Part shown: one piece after another, positions 49,301 to 62,000 of the stretch | Numbering within the stretch: the stretch's first letter is position 1 | How the letters are laid out: each line of letters begins with the position of its first letter | Assembly (NCBI RefSeq): GCF_001949145.1 | Contig: NW_019091404.1 | Coordinates: forward strand, 2,976,001 to 3,038,000 | DNA: 62,000 nt | DNA from: Acanthaster planci | Lineage: Eukaryota | Reading direction: 5' to 3' | The notes under the pieces: model-generated | Told to the model about the DNA's origin: nothing | The model's database searches: none | Seen by the model: only the letters and a program-made list of their open reading frames with translations | Program-made: the position numbers and the translations under genes

Positions 49301-52300
49301 TGGTAAAAAGACTGTACAGAATGTGTTGATGTCATTTGCTGGGCTTAATGGACTTGTCCTTTTGTAATAATTCAGGAAAACCTGGAGAAGCTGCATTCTC
49401 GAGGTGTGGCATACATCAACCTAGACGATGCTGTGTCTGGTAACTACAGCTTTGCCGCTGCTGGCAGTCCTCTCCTCTCCAAAGTCATCTTTCAGGCTAC
49501 CCAGGACGTAAGTTGCTTAAACGTCAGACCTAACACCTTGACCCTTTGAGACATTTTCTGGGTGTCGTGTGTGTGAATCGAACAAATCCATCCGTAGGGA
49601 AGTGGGAACCTACCGATTCTACCAAAATCTAACAATGAATATTGTGCCTTTGGTTTACAGTCCACTGGTTGATTTGATCAGATGTAGGAAAGCTCTTGGA
49701 AACAAAATGCCTTGAGGACGAGAGTTATAGACTGAAGCCTGTAAATTTTCCTAACAGTTCAAGTTTTTTACTCTGAGTTAATGACCAAACTAAACAACTT
49801 TTTCTTCAGGTCAATGTTCAATCCATTACATGTTTCTGAGAAATGTCAGGTTTGTTTGTTTTTTGGTTAGGTGAGTTGTCCTGACCAATCCCATCACAGC
49901 ATGAGTATTCATCACAATTGGGCATCAAGGAGACCGATCAGTGCATCCATCCAGCAGCCTCAGTAAGTTATCTGTCTTAACCTATATTCAGGCCCATTCT
50001 AGACACGACAAGATGCAGGGCTTTTGAAAGCAACATGGCTGATGTATGAACTCGACTGAATGCAACAAAATCTATCTTAAATGATAATTCCACTCAATAC
50101 AGCAAAATGAAGTACAGCAAAATGAAGCACAGCAAAATGAAGTACAGCAAAATGAAATACAGCAAAATGAAATACGACAAAATGAAGTACAGCAAAATAA
50201 CCTTGCTGCCTGCATCAAGATCGACACAGATGGAATTCCACTAAGTGAGAAACTTTTCCTGACTCTTGATATCATAAGCACCCTTTCTTTCTTGTTTCTA
50301 GACTGGACCCACTGGGCAAGTCAAGTGATTCAGCTCCCTTCTTAATGCTGGCTGGAGTACCATCGGTGGATTTGCAATATGTTTATGATGAGGTGAGCAC
50401 CCTGTTTCCATTCTGAAACTGTGCAAAGTCATTTTCAGAAGTCGTGGCTGAGGCTAGTGATAATACACGCCTATTGAAGCCACTAGCAAGGGGCTGTCCA
50501 TAGAATTGTATGACACTCCTAGCCGTAGCCAGTTTATTTGGTTATATACTCACCTGAATAAGCAGTATTATGTAGAATCTGACCTCACCGTTATTGTGCT
50601 GGGCTGATTGGTTTTGCCTATAAGATTGATTGTCAGGTGTGTAGCAGAAGGACATATTTATCTGGACAACCTCAGAGATGATATGGCATTGCTCATCATG
50701 ACCTGTCTTTGTTAGCAAAGATGCCAACTTCAAGCTCCCAGGTTTTAACTCGTTAAAACATGGCCTTCGGTGTAAAAAGCAGATTCTTTCATCAACTCGG
50801 GTGAATCCTCTTTGACAGGAGTATTACAATGTGCCGAGATATCCCACCTTCCGGACCTGGTACGACCAAGCCCAGAACATCAATCTCTTCATTGATGACG
50901 ACTTCTCAATCCATGCGGCCGTGACGGAAGTCACAGCAAGGGTGCTGGTCACCCTGGCCGACACGCCCAAACTGTCGATGAAGCTGACCGACTACAGCGA
51001 TGCTTTAACCAGATATGTGCAGCAGTTCAAAGCATGGTACGGTGGCCTGCTCCAGACCCACGGAATATTTTTAGGTGAGATGGTTAATTATCGTGTCTTG
51101 AATAACTGTGTGACATTCTCAAGCTAAATAGATTTCCCCTTTGAAAAGAAGTACAATTTATTTGCTTTTTTTGGTATGGTTTGTGTGGAAAGTTCCTTTA
51201 TTTGACAAAGAATACTTTGTAGAGAGAACTAGTTCGGCAAGGCGAATAGTAGCTCTCTGTTTGCTCAAATAAAGTTAGTACATCAGACATGAGGAGCAAC
51301 TAGTCCATGAAAATCCACTGGCCTACATGTGATGTGTGTTGCTAAGTGGGTAGGGATTATGACTCGTAAACATAGGGTCAGGAGTTTGAATCCTGCAGCT
51401 AGTTTGACTTTGGGCAAGTCACTTTGATAGTACCACTCACCGCCTCCACCCAAGAGTATAAATGGACAACTGTGAGGGCAGAGATGGTCGTGTTTGATTA
51501 ACCATTTGCATTTGTAATGGCAGCATTGAATTGTATATACTCCCTGGGAACCTGAGATGGATGTAGGAATGTTTGTAGCCCTGGGAACAGGGTTGATGAT
51601 ATACCCCTTGTATCCCCGTGTAGTTTGGTACTATCTGGTTCGTAAGTGACTTCATCATGCGCACGGACTGATTGCAGGGTTCTGTTAGACAAACATTCAA
51701 GTTGCATGTTAACTTCTGGTATGATGGTTCTATGTAACTCTGTGTGCAGTGGGTGTGGTTTAAACTGAAGTGACGTCACTCTAACAAACTGGATAGTGTC
51801 GTTAATATTTTTATCAGTTTTTAACGTCACGTTTGAAAAGCCTGTGAAGCTGATTTCCTTGTCAGAGCTACCCCCAGCAGTTCAAGGACAGGAAGATACG
51901 ATATTTTTAATCCTGACTCCATTAGGGTTCCAACCTGGACTCGGCTGAATCCGATGCCAACTGTTAAGAGCAAAGATTTTGCCTTAAAAAATGCTGATAT
52001 TCACTGAAGTTGTTTCATATTAGTCTGAGTAATCTTGTCGGGCCAGGCTGGTTTTAATTAAGAAATGTTCAAGTGAGAAATCATTGATGTGAATTGAATG
52101 ATTTTATTTAACGAAGTTAATTTAACAGTTTGCTCCCATTGGCTTGGTTTTCCTTCTTCAGATGATTTAGAAACATCTGTTAACTTCTTTTCGAGGATGG
52201 CAAGTGCCTTTCAGGAGCAATTCGATTCCATCGATGAAACCGAGTAAGTTCTCTGTTTTTTTAATAAATGAAATGTGAAGAAAAACGTGTTGCAAATTGT

Positions 52301-54692
52301 TGGTCCTCGCCTTCAGTTGATTTCTGGGATTGGAGGCCATTTCAGAAATATAATCCTAGCTGCTTAATTCAACAGGATTCTTAATAATTAACACAGCACC
52401 GACATTGCATGGTGGTTGACAATAATGGATTTTCCTTTAATGAAATCTAATTGCTTGCCCATGCTGTATTATTCCTGGGCAAGGTAACATCAATCGGATC
52501 ACATATCCAGTAATTCTTGTGACTCGTCATCGTCCATTGTAGGACTGGCTGTTAGAACTGGTGTAGCTTTCATACTCTGTACGTTGATATGATCAAGTTT
52601 GACATGATCAAGTAACAGAAACCATCATAGCCAATCAATCCAAGTTTATACAGGTGTAAAATTCCCAACAGCTACATGTAGGACCTGTCACCTGTCCACA
52701 TTGAGAACTTTTTGTCTGCNNNNNNNNNNNNNNNNNNNNNNNNNNNNNNNNNNNNNNNNNNNNNNNNNNNNNNNNNNNNNNNNNNNNNNNNNNNNNNNNN
52801 NNNNNNNNNNNNNNNNNNNNNNNNNNNNNNNNNNNNNNNNNNNNNNNNNNNNNNNNNNNNNNNNNNNNNNNNNNNNNNNNNNNNGTTCAACTTTCCAGTT
52901 CCGGGCACATGATCATTTATTTCAGTAAAACCCCATTCCTTATATTCAAAGAGGGACATATCTACAAAGTAAGTGGACAAATTGAAGTAAGAGACAGTAC
53001 TTCATGAGTTTGCTGCTATTTCACAAGTTCGCGTTGGCATTGACATTGCATACGAGTCGCCCGTTAAACCGACCGAAAAATTTGCATAGAATGGCACCAA
53101 AGATTCAGCTTTGGACATGCTGTGGAATTTAGGAAATGACCAGGATGAAGTATTCAAGTTTGTAAAACAGGTAAAATGCAAGTTGCTATTCAGCTCAAAA
53201 ATCAGCTAACCTAAAAATGCTGTGACAAATCTTTGAAGTAATGTGACTTTGATTCCATAGCAATATTTTTTGAATAGGCATATTTAAATAACATTTCCTG
53301 ATATATTTTGTAAATGTTACAGTTAGTGTCCTCTTGACTCCTTTGCATATATGTTAATTTCAGTTGAATTATTCAGAATCATGAAATAAAAAGGCTGTCG
53401 TGTTTGTGACTGTTTTTTGTTTGACTTGTTTTCTAGTGAATTCACTTTGCGGAAACTGAATGACAACATCATGTCTGTAGAGAGAGCATTTCTAATCAAT
53501 GAAGGTGTACCATTTAATCCTGAATCAAGGTCAGTAGATGAATGTAACCCAATGTAACAATGTGTCACAGGTTTCCAGAGCAATATTTGAGTGAAAGGCC
53601 TTTGAAAGAATCTTGCGCCATGTAAATGAATCCGAGTCCTCAAGATTTGTACCCATGTGTTGTCAAGTTTTCTCAGGATTCCACACTGGGTGATACATCA
53701 AAACATAGAGTTTAGTTTGCTATTTCTCTTCAAGCTGAAATTGGATGGGATAGCAGTTGGACCAGACCTGCCTAGTGTCTACTCTGTGTATCTACTCCAA
53801 ACAAGAGCAAAAGAGGGCGTGTTTTTAAATGAAATTGACAATCCTTTGGTACCACATAGGTGCAGAGTTTATGCGTGTTTGACGAAAGGCACGCTAAGAA
53901 CACACAACAAATTCAGTCTTGAATGTAACCTGGTTGGAAAACTTCATACCAGTCTGTCTTCAGCTTGGGGCGGATAAAGCACCGCCCTCATTGACAGGCT
54001 GGGCTGACAATCTAACTCCGTTGACACCAGCATTCGATGCCCGCATAAATTCGCAAGAAATCTGTGAGCGTACTCTTGAGCCAGGGAACTGAAGAAGGTT
54101 GTGTATGTGTCGTGTGGCCTCAAAGAGATCACTGCGCAGTAAAGGATCTATCACTGGTGTTCACCCTGGAACCCCCGTTCCACTGTTTTGTCAAGAAATA
54201 GTTGAAACAAGCTCAAGAAGAGTTAAAGGTCTTTCACTTCTGTTGATGGAATCAATAGAAGCTTTGAGTGTTTTCACTGACATAGAGGCTTTGCATGGTA
54301 GCCAAACCCTCTATAACTTTTATTTATTGAAATTCCAAACTGAGTCAAATGTTTGATAGTTTGTGGGGAAAATAGGTTGCTTGGATAATTCTTTTTACTG
54401 CATTGAAAATGGAAAGCTATTGAAAACCTTTTGCACCATATTCAAATACCCTGGTCATATTTTAACTTGTCAAAAATAAGTTCATAAATGACCTCATGTA
54501 TTTATCAACAGGCATCTGATCTACAGCGCCAACGTGACATCCGTCTACAAGGGGGCATTCTTTGGTCCACTGTCTCAAATGATCGTCACGGAGAGGGAGC
54601 ATGGTAATTGGAACTTGGTTGAAGAAACTCTTGGCTACACAATCCTTGGTCTGAATCAAGCTGCAAATATCCTGTCCAGTGTGACTTCGTAA
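40344..54692 (+). CDS. M28B family type II membrane protein (glutamate carboxypeptidase II / NAALADase / transferrin-receptor-like), predicted catalytically inactive; 818 aa, 16 coding exons
   Basis: Exons 40344-40813, 41895-42032, 42605-42743, 44029-44154, 45199-45394, 45785-45869, 46737-46909, 48305-48424, 48809-48891, 49376-49507, 49871-49962, 50302-50392, 50819-51074, 52162-52243, 53437-53529, 54512-54692 (2457 nt, phases consistent). N-terminal TM; PA domain ([17 protein letters not shown]); peptidase domain ([46 protein letters not shown]); helical dimerisation domain ([22 protein letters not shown]). An acceptor ending at 40332 implies upstream exon(s). Confidence 0.92.
40678..40740 (+). 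repeat. 30-bp coding tandem duplication in the stalk ([20 protein letters not shown])
   Basis: caatgccagtccagccaccgcca occurs twice at 30-nt spacing. Confidence 0.85.
42112..42448. mobile_element. TTAA-flanked MITE-like element (piggyBac-like) with cctcaatcctcc motifs
   Basis: ttaa-ccgtaatccc ... ggattgaggagggttacg-ttaa; shares its ends with the 59-bp hairpin at 44560-44618. Confidence 0.55.
42844..43041. mobile_element. TTAA-flanked CCC...GGG element (piggyBac-like MITE)
   Basis: ttaacccttacc ... ggttagggttaa ends. Confidence 0.45.
43350..44015. other. Assembly gap (N run) in intron 3 of the M28B gene
   Basis: Run of N; the flanking exons join in frame across it. Confidence 1.
44560..44618. 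mobile_element. 59-bp hairpin micro-element with TTAA flanks
   Basis: ttaaccctaaccctcctcaatccttca-cctgt-tggaggattgaggagtattagggttaa is an almost perfect inverted repeat. Confidence 0.65.
46291..46677. mobile_element. MITE-like element with diverged TIRs
   Basis: Left ggcaagttagttcaaggaccactagttaac versus reverse complement of right ggcaagctagatcaatgaccatagttaac; internal (g/a)accat/actagt repeats. Confidence 0.55.
47125..47640 (+). mobile_element. Degenerate BEL/Pao LTR-retrotransposon integrase C-terminal fragment in intron 7 of the M28B gene
   Basis: Across frameshifts it reads [14 protein letters not shown]...[22 protein letters not shown]...[22 protein letters not shown]...[18 protein letters not shown]...RQCW...[11 protein letters not shown]...NQW...[13 protein letters not shown], matching the BEL/Pao integrase and DUF5641-type tail. 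Confidence 0.85.
47850..48234. mobile_element. Diverged foldback/MITE element
   Basis: Left cttacaaccttttgccgtgaagcataat versus reverse complement of right cttacacccttctgcccggaagcataat; similarity extends to gaca/tgtc termini. Confidence 0.55.
48654..48703. repeat. 25-bp perfect tandem duplication
   Basis: acttttggatcaacttcaaggttct twice. Confidence 0.9.
48912..49086. repeat. About 29-bp minisatellite, 6 copies
   Basis: Unit tgatctgtatgctcat(a/g)catatgca(g/t)gt plus 0-2 nt, repeated. Confidence 0.92.
50098..50198. repeat. 15-bp minisatellite, about 7 copies
   Basis: Unit tacagcaaaatgaa(g/a) repeated. Confidence 0.92.
51330..51680 (+). mobile_element. tRNA-derived SINE (CORE/Meta-like central domain), degenerate
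   Basis: Pol III A-box-like gctaagtgg and B-box-like gtttgaatcc, followed by tttgggcaagtcacttt and ctccacccaagagtataaatgg, typical of invertebrate SINE2 cores. Boundaries approximate. Confidence 0.7.
52720..52884. other. Assembly gap (N run)
   Basis: Run of N. Confidence 1.
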
Positions 54693-57600
54693 TGGTAACT
54701 TGTAGAAAATCTTCTCTTCAGTTATGTAGATTTTATTTTCCTTTTTATCCTTTTTCTTGGTCAGTTAAAATTGCTTTCCCTGATATGGGAACATATATTC
54801 AACTTTCCCTCTCTTGTGTGTTTTTTGTTTGTTGCATTTTATTTTCAACATGACTGAAGACTGATTTTTATCAAACAACTTGCAGTTATGTCAAGTGTTC
54901 CAAAAAATCTGCCACAATGTAACATTTGGCCAGTTTTATGGGATTTTTTCGAACACAGAACTATCCCACCCAGGCACTGTCTTGGAGGATTGTTGGATAT
55001 ACATTTATTTATGCAATGATTGAAGATAGGAGTGTTATGTTGTTCCATTAACTCTAGACAACTCTACAAAACCTAACAACGCCCCAAAACATACACAAGT
55101 GGAAATCTTTCAATCCAGTTTGTCTAGTCCTTTGACCTCTCATATTCACTACCATCTTCACTCTCTGTCCACTCAATATAATTCTGCATTGACTTTTTCA
55201 AACCAACTGTTGATCTTGTCTCGGCTTTTGACTATACTCTGAAAATGTCTGTAAATAATCCCACAGAATGTATAAAAGTTTGTACTTGTCTCTTTAAACT
55301 TTGAAGGAAAATATTTTGCATTTAAGAGTATTATATAGTATATTTGCATTGAAGAATGAAATTTTTTGCAGGTTAATGATCACAAACAAAAATGCTACCG
55401 AAAAAAGTTCATTTTTGAAATAGTGCATGATTTTATGCAGTAATGGAGAAGCTATAATCCCAGTGATTTCAATTGTTTAAATAGTGTTGATTACAAATTT
55501 TTTTTACGAATAATTTTTTTACTAATAATTACAAACACTGCTGCTTATGGACATTCGAAATGTGTATATACATGTATATTATAAACTGTGAAGCTAACAG
55601 TTTTTGTGCTGAAAAGTTTTGTCCCAAGAAATGTATCTAAACGTGTGTAGCGTATCTGTGTTTGAAAACTGCTGAAACCAAAAGGCAAAAACAGAGAAGT
55701 TGCTAAATTTTGATGTTTACGTCCTGAAACAGACAAGAGTCTTCTTTGCAATATTAGAATTTAGCTGCTGTCCAAGTATTGATTAAAGTGACTTTGACAC
55801 TATTTGTGAAGGCCTTCGTGTCCTGCCCTAAAGGGTGGCCACATTAGCAAAAGCATTATCTTGAGTCGCTTCACTTTTTTATGGATGACATCCAGAGGCC
55901 TCCGTTGCTCTGCAACTTTTGTATTTTTTCGTCATCAGTGCAAGATTTATTCATACAATTCTCCAGCAGGGGATATTGTGTAACAAATGTTCAGGCTAAG
56001 CGGACGTGTACTGCACTTAGGACCAGTCTCAACAAATTGAAATCTTGGTCTTATTTTTGTTTTAAATTGGCCTCTTTTGACCAGCTAGACGTCAGCCTTC
56101 GGCCGATATTAACTTTATTTCGATATTCTATTTTCTGCTTTGAAGGTCTGAAGCAGTGCACTCAGCGTACAGTGTATTGCATGGTGTTATATTTTGTGTC
56201 AAATTTTGACTTTTCGAATTTTATTTTAAAGAAAATGTACCTCTGAACAGAAACGCGAAATTTCAGCTTTACTTAATGTAGTTGACTGGCGCGTATGATA
56301 ACCAAAGCGTACCTTGTACTTGGGTCAGATTTATGCATGTTTAATTAATTGAAAGCATTTTTCTCTCGCATTGTTCTTATATTTGTGTTTTGAACTCTCC
56401 TGCAAACTTACCTTTGTTATTTTTTTCTCCATTTTTGTTCTACATACGTTGAAATTTTCCGGCAAACCCTAGTCAGAAAAATTACACCCTACGGTCAATT
56501 TTTGTGAATTTTGATAAAAGTGGTTGAAATACCGTCTATTGGATAGATATTCATGCAGACATCTTTTTTCGTTTTGTTTTTCTTGTGTTTATTTTTGAAC
56601 CGTCCACAGCATGTATACAGAGGTTGAGAAGGTGGTGTACTTTGGAAGTTTCAAACTCGTATAAAGAACATTTGGATGACTCCTGTGAAGATTTTGTACA
56701 TAGTAAGACGGGAATCATCAGAACTCAGTCGCGAAGAGTAGACATCTAGAGCTGCAATAACTAGTTGTTGGCAGAAATCACTAAGGTTACACTACACTTT
56801 AATGTGTCACACCAGTAGTTTTAAAAATTAAGGTACGCTTACTTTTGCAAGTTACTAGCACCTGTCCGGCTCGTAAGTGTGACGTCATTGCAGTTTAAAC
56901 CGCACCCACTTGCACGGTGTGGCATAGAAACTATCGGAACGGAGAGTAGTAAACATTTCACTTCTTAGCTAATGGCCAGTAGGCGTTAGTAATGGCAGTG
57001 CCAGCGTGTATGTGGCGCAGTCACGAACCAATGGGATTGGTGCAAGTAGCACAAGCGTGCGCGTAGAGAAATGGTTGCAGCCCGAAGTCGTGGCTGCGGC
57101 TTGTAGTGTAACACAGACATCTCTGAACAATGGTGTTGCTATTGGCCGAAGCCGTGAGTGTTACACCCAGACCTGGCCTAAGGCCTTCAAACACAAATTT
57201 TACTGCAGAAGAGTCAGAAGGCAGCCTATCGTGTTGAATAACTTTACAGTGCAATTTCTTTGATTGTTTTCACATGTTTGTGTGATCATGTGTAGTTACT
57301 ATCATGTGCCTCCAATCTTCGCACAAAAATACACGAAGCTCTTTTGGTGGTGTTCTCAGATGAGAAGGTTTAATACGTTCCTCGTTTTTCACTTATTAAA
57401 GCAAATAACCTGTGTCATCATAAACATTTACATTTGGATTGATAATAGGCTTGTTAATTGGAGTTATATTTTCGTTGTTAACGTTCTGTGGAACACATAC
57501 GCGTACTTGATATGCTTAGAATCCCCCACGTTACCCAAGTACTGGCATAGGAGCTACAGTGGTCGTTATTGAAATACCCCAAGGCTCCATTATTGTTATG

Positions 57601-60600
57601 CAATGAAGTCTCAGGTTAATGACTTTAGAAATGCACTGTGTCGAGTGTTACATGTTGTAGTAAATTTTTGGCAAGAACCCTCGAGTCCTCAACCGCAAGA
57701 AATAGAAGCCAGCGACAGCATACAAGTGTAATGCTTGCACATGCTAGGTTTAGCTGGAATTTTACACTTTTAGAGGAAAAAATAGCTTCAACCTATCAGA
57801 ATCGATGGAAAAGTTTTAGCTGTCTGTGAGAAATATTTTCTCAGAGAGTGGCGCAGTAATTTGCGTTCACGAAATATGAAGATGGTCACACATTTCCGAG
57901 GATCTTTGGTAGCTTCAGAGCTAGCACCAACACCATGTTCCATAGGACGGCGTTGCTAATTAGCCAGTACGGTATCTCAAAAAACAAGGTCATTCGGGAA
58001 CAAAGCACGCGCGCGACGTGACGTCCGACGCACTTCATTTTGGCCCTTCGCTGTTTGGATACCGAGCCGGCTCATCAGCACCGTTTCATGGGAGTAGCGC
58101 GTACACAAATTCGAATCGTCACTCGGAGATTTTATCAGCTCCCAATAATGAGCCAGTTCAGCATTACGACTGCGCATGCCCAAAATGAAACGCGTCCGAG
58201 GCCATATTCGGCTACAGCAATACGCGCACGAGGTCTGCCCTGTCGGCGTGGTCATACGGCCGGCAACTCGCACGTGAGCTCTGCTCTCGAATGAGATTTT
58301 CTTTTCGTGCAAAAGTTCCATGATGAATATTGAAAGTCATCCTAAATTTTAAGGGTTTGGAATATCTAGGATCAAGTTAATCAGGCTTTGTTTTTGTTTG
58401 TTGTTTTGTACAGCGTGTGTTTATAGATGTATATGTTTTTGCTCTGAAGTGATTGTGTGCTTAAAGTTACTAGCCTATGTTCTGTTCCTTGTGAAATGCA
58501 AACAGGCTTGTACAGAAATTGATTGTTATCTTGACTGTATGTAAGATATATATTTTGAGGAGATATTATTCATCTGAGATTCTTTAAGTTTGAGTAGCTA
58601 GAATGACGCCCAAATACCCCCGTTGATTCCTTTATACACTGCAGTCCTATATCGCTTTCTAAGGTATGTTTAACAGTCTTCGATATTTATTTGTATTCAT
58701 GTACATTGAGAAGGGTGTTCATTGTATTGTTGGTACCAATCCTGTACCCACTAGATATTATACCAGAGTGCAACAATAAATGTGAAATCGCTTCATGTGG
58801 ATTTTGTTTGCTGTCGTTTCATTGCATCAGACTGAACAGAATGATATATCGCAGCAATACATAGTACACTCGCTGTCGTTCAATACGAAGCCGTTGTCCA
58901 AATGATCGGGCTTTGACCGGGAGTATCGTGAACACTCATCTGTTGGAAGCTGTACAGGTGAAATTTATATCGGCCATTACCGTCAGCGGCTGGTATTCTT
59001 TATGGTGGTTGGCACGAGCGCCCCCTCAACTTGTATTGGTCTGTGGGGCAGTCAGTCTCAGTCGTGTCATCTTGTAGAATCAGTGCCGTTATAAATGCTG
59101 GCTTTGACCAGATGAATGGACCTCTTCTATTCACAGCTCGTGAAGTTAGAGGTGTCAGAGGGGCATGAAAGCTATAAGCACTAGCATGGAAGGGGGCGAT
59201 ATCAACTCGGTACGTGCACAATCACTCACGCGGACCTCTTTTTCCCGACGGACCTCTTGTGCGCGCGCATTCTGTGGGACTGTTGAAATGTCCTCATCTA
59301 TGATCCTCATTGATTGCATATAGTTGGCTGTCTGGATTGGCGTTTGATGGCGTCGGCTGGTCAGCTTGCCGAGCAAGTTGGCTTTTTGGAATACTGACTG
59401 GTACTTGTTCCTGTACTTCTTCCTAGATATTTGACCCAGTAAAGAATTCATAAGGTAGAGTCACATACCGATTTTTATTTCTAAATTTATTGTCAGTCAC
59501 CACAACAAAATACTTTTGATGGAGAATGTCTAAGGCACAATTCGTACTATATAATTTATATTATTTATGTTTATAGAGACACTAGCTACAATTTGTCAGA
59601 CATGGTCAGCCATTGAGACAATGCTGTTTCGAATCTTGTGTTTGTGCCAAGATTGCCGACAATTCTTGATTTTCACGTCACGAGTCAAATTACGCTCTCA
59701 TTTCACGGTGCACGAAATCGAGGCAAAATACCAAATTTGAACGAGCTACGATGACTCATCACCGATAACCGTTGATAATAGTTACAGACCCCACACCAAT
59801 GACCTAACAACCAGCGGATCTGTTTCGGTGTATGCGGCTACAGTCAACCAAGCTTTAATGCATTAAACCAGATTAGTTGAACCACATGTTGAAACTAAGG
59901 CTACAGAGGCTATTTAGGGTGTGGTTCTTTACGCACACTCATCCCATTACAGGCTTGAAAATAAGAACCATTAATCATAGCATAGTCTCGTCTACAGTCG
60001 CTAGTATTACTTATCACTTATTGTACAGCTATAAATTATATTTATAGCTGTCGGAACAGAAAACAAGTTTAAGAGCATACGGGTCCTGCCCAGCAATAGT
60101 TCGTTCACCGTTGAGTCTCCGTGGACGGTGAAATGGCCAATATGCCTGTAAAAGAAACACGTCATAGTCCAAATTCCAAGGAGTGGTAATTTCACTGACG
60201 TAAATTCAAACCGAGACTTCCATGACTAAGTAAAGCGAATGGGAGGATCATATTCCTTGTTTTTTGGATGCGTGTGCGTTTTATTTTGTCGTGTGAAGAT
60301 GATTCACACTGCTTGATAAAAACTTAACTGGGGAAAAACGATTGGGAGTGAAATTGTGTCCAATGAATTGAGCTGTTTCTCGAGTGATCTCTTTTCCAAA
60401 CCCTTTTTCAATTTAACCTTGGCAAAGATTTTCTGTATGTTTTTTCACCCAATTTTCCCGTTTTTGTTTATCGTGATAAATCATATTTCAATTGTAATGT
60501 AGCATTATCAAAATGTTATACGGAACATCATTGTGAAAATATAATCGGTGCAAATGTTCATAAGCGACATTAACTTCGCGGCTTACTTAGGTCAGTTCTA

Positions 60601-62000
60601 ATATAAATAGGATATTTACGCACAGGAGGACGAGCTTTGCATGCACTTCACTGTATGCATGAAAACCGTCCAGTATCTCGATGTCCATTCGGATATATAA
60701 CGTCGGATTTATGGATATTGTTGGTCACAATACAGTTTAATTCCCACACGGTGTCATGTTTACTTTGAGTCCATTATAAAAACCATATTTTTTGGAAGAT
60801 AGGATGTGTAGAATAAAGGCATTCATTTACCATTTACACCGTCTCTTGGGTCGTTATTCCAACAGATTGTAGGATTGGCACTTGATAACAGTGTAGGCAT
60901 CATGTGAAATGAATCTGGCTTTTCACACAGAAGGAAATTATTTCTTATTTACATAAATAGGTAAAAGTTAATACGGTTATGTACAAATAGTCATATAGCT
61001 CAAATAACTCTACTAAATTTTCTAATAGTAACAACAGAGCCTCATTTTACGTCATTGTATATAACGAATTTTCTAGTTCGATTTTGAAGTTTTTACAGTA
61101 TTCTATTAGTGATAGCGCAGCCACCTCAAGATAAAAACTTTTTATCAGAAATTGCAATTGAAAACATAAAACAGACTTTCTTCGGAACAAAACTACGCAG
61201 CTGCTAAACGAAACCAACACCGAAATAAACAAAGTTGGAACTACTTAGAGGGTGAAACTGTCACTCGTCCACTGGATGTATGGCACCTCTAGTTTGTTTA
61301 ATCAATTATTAAGACGCGATAAAGGAATACACTCTGCAAAATTTGTGTTCACCAAGACGTGCTTGACACACTCAATGTTGCAATAGATGCCAAGATGAAA
61401 ATGTAACGCTGCATTGTCCATCTTATTTCCCTCAACAAAATACACAAGCCTTTGGCTAATAAATCTCAACATAACTATTAAAAACATTTGAACAATTCCT
61501 TAAATACCATGCTTCAGTATATTCAAGTATCGTTTTTTCATGAATGAAACGGTTAACTCAAACTTTTAAAACCTTTCAAAATAATTGCGTCTGCCTACTA
61601 CAAAGTCTTCTATCTTCATACAAAATGTACTGTACACAATTGCAAGTGATAGTTTACTACATTGTAACATTAAAAAATGAAATATTCTTCATTGAGCTCC
61701 AGTTTGGAGACAAACACGGAGGAAGGCACCCTTGGAGATTCCTTTCAGAGAAAAGGTGATTATAGAAAACCAAGCACTTGTCACCATCTTTAATGTGTAT
61801 TTTAGAATTGTGTATTGTCTCGATCATTTCTGTCAACACCAACAAGACGGGGAGTTGCGCACATTTTGTACTGTTTGTAGTCTACATACATCACACAAGA
61901 GGGCGCTGTTTAAAAGACACAGTATAATTAAAAGGTGCAATGACTGTAGACATCGTGGACTTACGTCAAAAGTAAAGGAACGTGAGTCTTCAAGGTCAGT

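Noticed and set aside
54660..56300. Iron-responsive elements (CAGUGN stem-loops) at the 3' end of the TfR-like gene
   Set aside because: CAGTG loops near 54677, 55461, 55936, 56154 and 56170 were inspected by eye and none has a full 5-bp upper stem with the bulged C. A covariance-model search would be needed to exclude non-canonical IREs.

Overview
Eukaryotic, intron-rich animal DNA from a draft assembly with four N gaps. The repeat content suggests a marine invertebrate, but the taxon cannot be fixed from this window. Seven protein-coding genes were assembled by hand: an intronless Ig-like type I membrane protein, and six spliced genes built from GT-AG exons with consistent phases. The spliced genes are an ankyrin + C2-domain protein (-), CTDNEP1/Dullard (+), a TSP1-Ig-TM receptor with a cytoplasmic polyproline tail (-), a tandem TSP1-polyproline-GPI protein (-), YEATS4/GAS41 (-), and a 16-exon M28B (GCPII/NAALADase/transferrin-receptor family) type II membrane protein (+). 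The window also holds a stop-riddled Ig pseudogene at the left edge, about a dozen MITE-like elements, a BEL/Pao integrase relic, a tRNA-derived SINE and several minisatellites. Two observations stand out. (1) The M28B protein has lost its catalytic Glu and two Zn ligands and carries a cytoplasmic YSRF endocytosis motif, so it looks like a transferrin-receptor-like pseudo-peptidase in an apparent invertebrate. (2) The two tandem TSP1/polyproline surface proteins place the polyproline on opposite sides of the membrane; one resembles TMEM81 in architecture and has a candidate soluble splice form. All homology calls are by eye from remembered family motifs; no database search was run.
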